A DNA stretch of 64,000 nt from Lingula anatina (Eukaryota; Animalia; Brachiopoda), in NCBI GenBank assembly GCA_051362555.1, contig CM120641.1, forward strand, positions 37,764,401 through 37,828,400, given 5' to 3'. The translations under genes and the position numbers were made by a program. The notes under the pieces are model-generated. The model made no database searches, had not been told where the DNA came from, and saw only the letters and a program-made list of their open reading frames with translations. Shown piece after piece: positions 50,801 through 60,160 of this stretch. How positions within the stretch are numbered: the stretch's first letter is position 1; each line of letters begins with the position of its first letter.

Positions 50801-53800
50801 ACAGAATAGTCCGGAATATGTCTGAAAAGGGGGTTGATATGAGGAGAAATGATTAGTGGTGTTTCAATAGGTTGGTTATGATGGAAAATTCAACACACAA
50901 TGAGAAAATGAATTAATGGTAAGTGTGAAAATGAGACCCCCTCCCAGATGATTCATGGATAGGGACATCTAATAGTCTATTTTCAAGTAATACCCTTGAG
51001 GAATATAAAAAAATTCAGATATTTTTTGGTTAGATATAATGGTTATGTCTACAAATAAGATTTTTGTTGTTTTTTTAAGTTTGTAATTGGTTAATACAAA
51101 AGATAATGAAAAATGACAATTTTCCGGATATTGGTTAGAACTTGAATTCATGGGAAAATTGGTAAATGGTTAACCTAAAAATTGTTTTGTTCAAATTTTG
51201 TCAGATGTTCTAGTTATTTCACTAAATTATCTGATAAGATTTCTAGAAGGTGGTTATAAACTACGCCCAAACACATTGCCTAGAATGCTAGGTCTTTTTA
51301 CCTTGCAACATTACTGAATATGCACCATCACATATTGAATAAAGATGGGGTGGCATTGCACTTCTTTTAATTCCTCGATATTTTTGAACTTTGGCCGCAT
51401 TGTAAATTGGTAACCACTTGTAAGGGTTGACTGTGACACAGAACAACCCTGAATAGGTCTGGAATGAAATTTAATCAACCCATATTTAAAGAAGTCTGCA
51501 AGCCTCAAATGAAATCTATGGAGCCCATACTGAATAATTCAACAAATCTCAATGGGATTTTTTTGAAAATTCATTGAAGAATTGAGATACTGGTAGGTCA
51601 GTGGGCTTTATCAGGCCAAATCAATGAGAGTAAGATGATGATATGAAATGATTTTAGATCTTTGATGAAATGATGTTGACATGCCAACCTGGAATCCTTA
51701 CCTTCCTACATCTTGTACAGTGTGTACAGGCACTTCAAATCAAGAGGATGGGGAGGGGGTGGGTAGAGACTGACACACTGTCTCAAAAATATAAAAAAGG
51801 TTGAGAAAAGGGACATTGGATAACTTCTAGTTCTTTTACATCTAGATACTGGTTGGATATTCATGGATTGGTATAAAAAATGGAAACAGTTCACAATAAA
51901 AGGATGGTGATGGATGAAAAGGATTTGGATTTGGTTGGAATTAAACACTTGTGAAAAAATCGGGGTATCAAAAAAAAAAAATGTATAATATACATATGGT
52001 TTGAATGGAGGATGCAAGTCAAGGAGTGTTGAATACCACACTTTACCTTGCAACATGTTGCAAAATGCGAGATCACAGAAAGCATACAGATGTGGAGGCA
52101 TCATGGTCCTTTTCTGATTTCTATACTTTGCAACAATCTCGGGTGTATAGATAGGCAGTCGCTTGTAAGGATTGATAGTGATTGTGAAAAGTCCGGAGTA
52201 GGTCTGAAAAGCAAATAAGGTGACACGGTCCCTTTAGAAGGGTTGATACACACCAAATGGAGGACTCCATTACCTCGGACTGAGAACCTGAACCTTAAAT
52301 GAGAAGACAAGGGTAGGGGTGCTTACATTAGGCATGCAGTGTTGGGGAACTGGTATTTTGGGAAAAGAAAAGAACAGTAGAAAAAAGAAGTGATGGTTTC
52401 AAGGTGACCTTGTTTTGGGTTCTGGTGGTTGATTTGGTAAAATACTTGTTGGTTTTATCGATATTTGTTGGGTAAAGATAAAGTCATGGTTGGTTATTAT
52501 CTGAAAATTTTGACCAAATACTTACCATCAGACACTGAACCATTCCTTATCACAATATAATATAATACCTAGTTTGTTGAACAGGAATTCTGCTCAAAAG
52601 ACTTGAAAAAAAAAAGGGTGTGCTTTCACCTGGGAAATGTGCAGGGCATTTGGTGGAACAGGAGAGTTTTTTTCAAAGGGTATGTGGGAATTTGGACATA
52701 TTTTGATATGGGGCACTGAAGTAATAATGTCAACCAATAAGAGAGGGTTTTTCAAAAGGTCTTGGGATACTCTCATATTACCTCTCAGCATGTTTTGAAA
52801 TGCCTCGTCACAAACGGCGTAACAATGAGGTGGCATTTCAGTCTTTTTCTTGAATCTGTATTTGTCTACGATGCTCGGGGTATAGATTGGCAGTCTCTTA
52901 TAGGGGTTAATGACTATACAGAATAGTCCAGAATAAGTCTGAAATACAGCACAAACAGCCATGCTACAGATATTTAAGACAATACATATGTACTTCCATT
53001 AACATTTCATACAGTAAAAGCTAGTAAGCTTACACTAATTATCAGCTCTAAAAGCACTGCGGAAATGTTTGCTACATGTAAAAATTGCATTAAATGCACA
53101 GAACATCATGTAAAGTGATAATCAAAAGCTGTACATGTAATATTATTGCATAGAAAACATTGAAAAAAAGTTCATGCCTGCATTTGCTACTTTAAGCATA
53201 TTATATTCACATATACTGTACATCAATACAGAAACGGCTTATAACAAGAGTAACAAAGTTCAATACAATATACATGATTACAGACAACTATCATGCACAT
53301 ATTTACTACATGCTAAAAGATTTTTCTACAAGTGCAACTTTAAGTGTTGATGCCTCCATTGCAAAAGCAGATAGAAGTTAATATTTTTTTTTAAATCCAT
53401 CTTGCATATTGCATAAGCTTTGCAGCATGTCAATTCATTGTTACAGATTCAATTTAGATTTGTCCAAAATCATAATATACGATAATAGAAAGATTTCCAG
53501 TTGAAAAATGGCATTATAAAGGAACTAGACATTAATATGCAAAAGCTTTTCTTTTTTCTGCTGTGGAATAAGCATCTAATCAGAATATGCACATCCAGAG
53601 TTTTGTAAGCACACAAAAAATGCAGCCAATGTTAGTAATCAGGAAAAAAATCATTAGCCCCGGTGGGAGATAATAACTAAATACCCCCAAAAGAAATCTG
53701 CTTTGTTAAATTTACCATTTGGGTACCACCAAGGGGATGTGGGCTACTTCAAATATGGTATCAGAAGTTGGAAAGTGCTTTAAAACCTGGTATTTGTGTA

Positions 53801-56800
53801 GGAGGGGATCCTATTATGGTGATGTTGGTTCATGGTGGGATATGGAAAGTGGTGCATCATCTTTTTGGCTTGGAAATAAAACTGAAAACTGGTCACCATC
53901 ACTGCAGAAAAAAAAGGTAAAGTAAAAGAACTGAGAGAAGAGGAAGAGAAATAAAGAATGCAGGACATCTTGGGTAATAATGAATGACAAGAAGGTAATA
54001 AAATGCATGATACAAATCTTATGAATGACTTGATCCATGATACTGAGATCCAAGTCAATGATAGATAATGGGAGGATATAAGGATGAGGTTTTATCTTCT
54101 TTGGAAGGGAATAAAGACACTGGCATGGTAGAAAATTTTCTAACAACTTGCCAGAAAAAAAAACAAAACAAAAAAACAAAACAAACAAACATGAGGAATA
54201 ACTTTGGGTTTGATGGGATAGGTTAAATGTGACGGATAACAGGCATGGAACTGCCTTGGGTTTTTGGAATTGTTATCTCCTGTCAGGTAACTGAGTTAAA
54301 TTCAAGGCTAGTATAACAGGTAATTTCAATATATGAATCAGGGTTTGGGGGAATATGGGAAGGTATGATGAATGGTATGTGAATGACATGGTGATGATTT
54401 AATAAAATAAATATGGTTTAACATGGTTCAAAATGTCATATCAGAAGGTTTGCCAAATTCCACAATAACACTACAATTAACAGCATACCCCTGCCACTTG
54501 AAATAACATGGTATGATTGCCAACTGAGACAAGGCTTTAGTTTTTTTCCCCAAATGGCCTCCTTCTGTTATGAATACAATTGAGCAGTTTCTTTACTTAA
54601 CCACCAGTCAATAACAGCCACATTTCCATTTTTCTGTCCATTTTTTTTCAACAAGTTATTCAAACTGACCAGAGCTTTCATAATGCCATTAAAATAATCA
54701 AGTAAAAAATTTTCATGTAATTACATATAAACCAGCAAACTACAGTATATACACACTTTAAAATGATTATCCCACTGGTTTGGTTTTCCAAAACCAGAAG
54801 AGCTCTGTATGTAAATGTTACCTATAAATTTCATTTCATTCTTTGCTAGCCTAGCAAGACTTGGAAAAGTAGCCAACTTTAAATGCTTTCTCAGGTTCTG
54901 TGTGCTATGTTAAATTTGGACAGGATCACACAAATAGGTGTGTAAATATCAAGCTATTTTAAGGTCACATGTCTTGTTTGAAAAGCTTTCTTTAAATTTC
55001 TCCTGCAAATGTTTAATCATCAAAAATTAAACAATCTAAGCAGAATGCACATAAAAAGAAGAAACGGTATTAGCATGTGCTTTCTGGGTACTCTTCAGGC
55101 CACCTTACAGCAAAAAAAAAGGGGGGGGGGTTGTACATTGTATATTTGCTAATAACATTTTATCAAAGGAGGGCATTTTTAGTTTTAAAACACATTCTTT
55201 TCTTCATTTTTGATGCTGTGGAATTCTAACATCTTACACCTATCAAATTATTTTCTACCTTGAGTCTGTCATTACAATTTATCATATGAAGTGAAATAAG
55301 CTTGTAATCTTAACCCCCAAACCAATGACTTCAATAACAATCCATGAAGAGAAAGGTGTGTTTACATGACTCTATTAGCTTGGACTTAAATGAAAGCATA
55401 TTCCTTGCTATGAAGTCAAAATTCCCTACTCGAGTTACATTCAATTCAATAGTTCTCTTTCACTCTAGGTGTAGCAGAGACAACTGAAGCCAAGGGTGGA
55501 AGTGCACTGAATGGTCTAATTTTCCGCAATTCATTGCCTCATTAACCATGGTCAATTAACCTTGTTTGTTTGTAGTCACACCATACCAAGTTCAGGCTAA
55601 TAAATTTGTCCAGGTCTGACAACCTGACATGCACTGGTCAAATAATTTTTAGGTGCAAATTTTTAGCTACATATCTAAACTGAAGACATTTTATACTAAA
55701 TGTGTGTCATGTATCAGAGGCGCTGTAAGTAACAATTTGCATTAATTAATCAACAGTGAAATTTTCAAAACCTCCCCTCTTCTTCCCAAATCTCTGCAGA
55801 TGTAGAGTTTGGAATGCAATTTTTATTACTGAAGCTTTCTTTCATCTGTAAGGATAGCTCCCCCACCTGGGCAATGTTTCCATTAGCAAAATTCCCTCTA
55901 TATATACTACACTGATTTCTTCTTCCCAGGTGGACATATATGGCATCAAAGCTTGTGTTATTTATAGGCTAGGTTGTTATCCTATCCTGCAGTTGCCAAT
56001 CACTGCAAAGGTGAACAGACCCATTCTGAAAGGCATGCTGATCTCCAATGTTGGGATACTGCTTCAAAGCTTAAGTATTCTTATTTATCTCTATTGTTCC
56101 ATAAGGACTTGATAAAATCAATTGTTTTTAAAAATGTTACAAATAGTACATGTATCTTTCAAAACAAGAAATGAGACCCAGAAAAAAAAAACGCTCTATG
56201 GATAGCAGGCACAAGTTTGATGTATAGGTAATTAAAAGGTGCCAAAGTTAACAACTCTACAGGTAACCTATTTATATGGGGCTATATGAGACATTTCCCT
56301 GTTCACAATCAGTAGCACTTAACCACACCTGCTTCAGCAGGATGCAGCATATCTGTTGGTCTAACCCCTTCCTGCTGAACACCTGATCACAGCAAGACCT
56401 TTTATGGTGTTTCCCCAGGTCAGACAGGTAGAGACCAAAATATGGAGGGCATTCGGCTGTGTATAGCACACATGTATGCCCATACCATGCATATAGTCTT
56501 ACCATAGGCTCTCATCCAGGCTCTACTGAGGAGTCAATTTACTTCCATCAGCATTGGAACCTGAGCCTTCCCAAGATAAATATTTCATATTAGTCAGAAC
56601 ACACACTCTGGGATATTCAAACAAACTCTTTCCTATGGAGCTTTTGAAGCAATGTAGTAAATATGACAGGTCAACAGTGTTTGTGCTTCTCATTAAAATG
56701 TCTGTGGATTTTTATATACCCCAAGTTAAATCCATTCAAACCAGCTTTGAGTGACAGTTTCAAATCAATTATGTGAAATAAGAGAATTCTTCACTATAAA

Positions 56801-59140
56801 CTCTTACAAAAACATCCTCTACATGTTTGATCCTATGCAATCAAAATTTGGATAGCAATGATATATTTAGTTGGGGCATCAAAAGTTCACTGTGTAAGCT
56901 TTAAAGAAGAAACCAGAAACTGCAGCTCTATCCTTAAAGCTTGGGAATAAAAGTCATATGGCTTATCTTTCATATAAAAATCAAAATTTGTCTTTAACTC
57001 AGATGTTCTCTGTTAATTAAGCTAACCCGAGCTGGTCAGAAAGGCTTCAAATGCATTTATACTTGCTCTAGTCAGTTTTACTTTTAAAACCAGATAAACA
57101 ATGGCTTAATGGTTGTCTATTAAATTCTCTCTGTGCAAGAGAACAATGATAATGTGTACAAAGGATACTGATCAAAACCACAAGAAAGGGGAAGTAAACA
57201 CAAGTGACTTGACTGGAGGTAAATAAAGGAAATCTACTCAGGTATAATCTACATAATGGCAATATAAATCAACTAAATATGATGTATAATAACATAATAT
57301 TTGTTTGATCCACATATAACTGAGGTGCCAACATGATCATAAGGAGGGCGGGCTAAGTAGGTTGAGGGGTCTCTTTAACTTGGAAACTGACCATGAAAAA
57401 GGGCCAGGTTTCCAAGCTAAAGAAGAGTGTACTTTTCATCAGAAGGTGGGAATATTACAAATGTGCATTTTATCCACATCTCCTGTGCATCCTTCATGCT
57501 TGAAATGATCCAGTACCCGGGTTGGTGCACTAGGTATAGTAGGTTCAAATAAAATCACTCCAGGTGAGAATTCCTATTCCTGGGAAAAAACTTCAGTTTC
57601 TTTTTTGGAATTGGGGTTTTTCTTACTTACGTAAATGAGAGTTGCATAATATCTTGCTTTCAAATTGTACAAAACTGAGGCATCATTTAAATAGGTCAAG
57701 TTGGCAATATCCTCATATTTTTCAAACTTTGGTGGATTCATTTGTTGAATATCATCTTTCTTAACTGTGACGATCTGTAATGTAATGCAAAATAAACGTT
57801 ACAACTCATAATGAATAAAAAATTTAATGAAATATTTGTTTGATACTTACATAGATCAAGTTTGAATAGTATCTATCTTTCAGGTTCCATAACACACTGG
57901 CATCATTTAAATAAGTTAGATCTGCCATGTCCTCACATTTTGTGAATTTGGGAGGGTTCATTTGTTGAATGTCATCTTTCTTCACTGTAACAATCTTTGA
58001 AATCAAGAAAATAATGTGTCAATTCCACGTATCTAAAAAAAAATTTATCACAACTAATATGACGTGTGGATACATGTATAACTAATTTATATAGTAACTA
58101 TCTTGGACAAAAAATGGAAAAAAAACTTTAATTTTATCTAAATAATAAATGAGGCAGCAAAAATCTAATCAGATACATTTTCAGCTTTAAAACACAATAA
58201 CAACCCTGTCAACGCCAAAAGCACCTTTATCTAAAAAATGACAATCTATATTTTCTTTCATTCATACATGTGTATGGAAAAATGTGTATGAAAAAAAAAA
58301 CTTTCATTTTATCTAAATAATAAATGGGCCAGCAAAAATCTTATCAGATACATTTTTCAGCTTTAAAACACAATAACAACCCTGTCAACGCCAAAAGCAC
58401 CTTTATCTAAAAAATGACAATCTATTTTTTCTTTCATTCATACATGTGTACAGGGTACCTACCCAGCATCTGCAAATTGGTGGTCTAAAAACAATACAGT
58501 TACATAAAACAATGCATCCCTCAACAAAATTAGATGCTGTTAAAATATCTCATTTGCTACATAAATTTTCAGACACTTGAAGTTGGAAATATGTTGTCTT
58601 TTCTTTCATTTTAAAACCTTGTTTTTCACAACATAGTGACATTTTTTCCAATGCACTTATCTTCATCTGAGAGAATAAATAAATTTCCATAACCATTTTT
58701 TTTTTTTTTTTTTTTTTGTCAGTATGGACTGAGAAAAACAGAAAACAGAAATTTAAGGAGAACTGCCTATTAATTCTACACCATGTTGCTGATGGTTTTT
58801 CATAGCCAATAAGCTAGTTTCTGACATCCTCACAATCAAAATTTCAGAACAAATGTATAGGCAAATTGCAATTGTCACTTTCAATATAATATCATATTAT
58901 GTATCGAATTATACAGGCTTAAATTAAAATAAAAAGATTGCTACTCACGTTGCCGTCATTCAGTCTTACAGTTACTTCATCCCCTTTAGTGCTCTGGATT
59001 TCGGCTGCCATGAAACCCTCCTTTTGGTGGGGCACCCAGCAGTTCTTCTTACCGTCAAACGGCTGGGTCTGTTCCTTCTGCAGAGCCTTCTTGTCGATGG
59101 CCAGATATTTCATATCTGGATCATTCGGATCGTACGACAT
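18636..59140 (-). CDS. Mhc: Striated-muscle myosin II heavy chain, ~1,950-1,990 aa per isoform, 38 coding exon positions with extensive alternative exons
   Basis: Constitutive exons (-): 59140-58949, 48278-48251, 45516-45453, 43291-43188, 43042-42904, 41175-41026 (DIAGFE switch II), 40830-40660 (relay), 40492-40313, 37038-36974 (loop 2), 34959-34842 (SH1), 34669-34412 (converter/IQ), 34188-34107 (WQWWKL), 33105-32926, 32705-32502, 32285-32076, 31825-31680, 31516-31426, 28085-28029, 27453-27367, 26318-26152, 24872-24627, 24347-24151, 23904-23555, 23399-22966, 22799-22671, 22513-22142, 21966-21766, 21524-21360. P-loop GESGAGKT and switch I NNNSSRF lie in alternative exons. One full path sums to 5943 nt in frame. 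Confidence 0.97.
25166..25633 (-). CDS. Mhc: Mhc mutually exclusive exon pair, S2/LMM rod hinge
   Basis: Two 79-nt exons with identical phases: 25633-25555 [26 protein letters not shown] and 25244-25166 [26 protein letters not shown]. Confidence 0.9.
28298..28780 (-). CDS. Catchin/myorod-type internal alternative first exon (161-aa unique Ser/Thr/Lys-rich N-terminus fused to the distal rod)
   Basis: Open frame from ATG 28780 ([12 protein letters not shown]...APGLKNMLE) to a GTAATG donor at phase 0, matching the next exon [14 protein letters not shown] (28085). Size and position fit molluscan catchin. Confidence 0.85.
33262..33432 (-). CDS. Candidate second internal first exon of Mhc (57 aa, acidic), would yield a full-rod headless myosin
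   Basis: [57 protein letters not shown], then a GTAGGT donor at phase 0, in frame with the VKPLL exon at 33105. No transcript evidence. Confidence 0.5.
35559..36589 (-). CDS. Mhc: Mhc mutually exclusive exon pair following loop 2
   Basis: 88-nt exons 36589-36502 [29 protein letters not shown] and 35646-35559 [29 protein letters not shown]. Confidence 0.92.
38265..40013 (-). CDS. Mhc: Mhc cluster of four mutually exclusive exons leading into loop 2
   Basis: 40013-39884 [20 protein letters not shown]..., 39259-39133 [20 protein letters not shown]..., 38844-38718 [20 protein letters not shown]..., 38394-38265 [20 protein letters not shown]... Lengths are 130/127/127/130 nt, all phase 0 to 1. 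Confidence 0.92.
42140..42499 (-). CDS. Mhc: Mhc mutually exclusive exon pair (cardiomyopathy-loop region)
   Basis: 119-nt exons 42499-42381 [40 protein letters not shown] and 42258-42140 ...[27 protein letters not shown]. Confidence 0.93.
44031..44567 (-). CDS. Mhc: Mhc cluster of three mutually exclusive exons (LLEKSRV region; Drosophila exon-7 equivalent)
   Basis: 99-nt exons 44567-44469 (..[20 protein letters not shown]..), 44304-44206 (..[20 protein letters not shown]..), 44129-44031 (..[20 protein letters not shown]..). Confidence 0.93.
46262..46741 (-). CDS. Mhc: Mhc mutually exclusive exon pair (switch I)
   Basis: 46741-46649 [31 protein letters not shown] (93 nt) and 46357-46262 [32 protein letters not shown] (96 nt). 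Confidence 0.93.
47578..48030 (-). CDS. Mhc: Mhc mutually exclusive exon pair (P-loop + loop 1)
   Basis: 48030-47928 [34 protein letters not shown] (103 nt) and 47698-47578 [40 protein letters not shown] (121 nt). Confidence 0.93.
48784..52938 (-). CDS. Mhc: Mhc cluster of six mutually exclusive 157-nt exons (TYSGLF..NPY..PPH region)
   Basis: 52938-52782, 52203-52047, 51458-51302, 50821-50665, 49883-49727, 48940-48784. All are exactly 157 nt, stop-free, AG/GT flanked, phase 0 to 1. Confidence 0.95.
56260..56450. promoter_or_regulatory. Candidate intronic muscle enhancer in Mhc
   Basis: Perfect CArG box CCTTTTATGG (56398-56407), CACCTG E-boxes (~56326, ~56380) and an A/T-rich ctatttatat element in a locally GC-richer island. 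Motif evidence only. Confidence 0.4.
57631..57994 (-). CDS. Mhc: Mhc mutually exclusive exon pair (N-terminal; Drosophila exon-3 equivalent)
   Basis: 144-nt exons 57994-57851 [48 protein letters not shown] and 57774-57631 [48 protein letters not shown]. Confidence 0.94.
58120..58450. repeat. Recent direct tandem duplication (~175-bp period) in the first coding intron of Mhc
   Basis: 'ttttatctaaataataaatg..cagcaaaaatc..ccctgtcaacgccaaaagcacc..catacatgtgta' occurs twice (~58120-58273 and ~58295-58450) with few differences. Confidence 0.93.
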
Positions 59141-59795
59141 GATGGCAGGTTAAGTGCGTACAACCAACGAAATAAATTAACTGCTTTTGAACGAAAAGGT
59201 AGGCAACCGCAGTGCGACTCTGGACGCTGAGAACGTAACAAACAAGGAGAGCAGTGAGGCGGAACAGCACTAGACCCCGGTTCTGAAAGCAAAGGAAAAA
59301 AATTTAACTTCATTTCATCCTATAATACTATTATCACTTGCAGAATTAAAAGGTAAAAAGATCACGCACTTGCCGGCCGGTTTAAGAATAAACCTGTGCA
59401 CTACTTCCGATTTTCGGAACTATTTCTTGCCCACTTTCGCTTTTGAACACCAGTTTCATCAAGCCGACATATGAGTGCAGAAAAGGGGAAGCCTATAAAA
59501 TCCTCGGCAACGATTGCCTTCTTGAGCAATTCCCTTGCACAAAATTTGAAATGCCTTCTTATTAAGTGCTCTCTACTCTATCCCGACCTCATCACAGTCG
59601 GTTGAACACCTTTGGTAAATATTCCACCGGTTGTATTGTAAAGCCGGTAATCGTTGCTTGTTTACTTTTGGCAACTGAGTATTGTTGTCGAGCTTGCTCT
59701 GCTTAACCGTCCATATGCTGATGACCACCTATTTGAGACTCGATGTTTGCACACTCAGAAAGATAAGCAACATGCTCAGTTAGCATTGTACTTAC

Positions 59796-60160
59796 GAATC
59801 CAAAGCCGTTCTAGCTGAAATCTGTTTTCTGGCGAGGTTTATATATGAGCCAAGGGTCAATTGGCCCCTTGAGGAAGTTCTAAAGGTGTTTGCAATTGGC
59901 GAATAGACGGATTAGAAATAGCTTAAGACCAATCCCGTCCGCCGTTGTAAGTGAAAACACTCATTACCCATTTAAGGATGCGCCAAATATGTTCGGCATC
60001 TATTTAGCGTTCTCTTCTATATGGGTTCTACCGCGTTCACTTTTAGCTCAGAACATTATATTCAACCGGCAGCTTATATGACCAGAGCGTTTGTGTAATG
60101 GCATCTATATAGAATTTGATGCTGTTTTATTGTAAATAATTTTTCGTTACTTAAAAATAG
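59796..60160 (-). promoter_or_regulatory. Mhc core promoter and short non-coding leader exon
   Basis: TATATAAA (-) at 59838-59845; Inr-like TCAGCT about 28 nt downstream (~59813-59818); GTAAGT donor after 59796; perfect CArG CCATTTAAGG at 59968-59977; MEF2-consensus TTAAAAATAG at 60151-60160. Confidence 0.7.

Noticed and set aside
56503-56620. ATG|GTAAG that could start an N-terminally truncated myosin spliced into the six-exon cluster
   Set aside because: A single codon with an in-frame stop just upstream and no supporting promoter or exon evidence. It could be chance.
48784-57994. Duplicated myosin segments as separate paralogous genes, pseudogenes or assembly artefacts
   Set aside because: Copies are single exons, strongly diverged at synonymous sites, phase-matched and stop-free, with dissimilar flanking introns inside one collinear gene.
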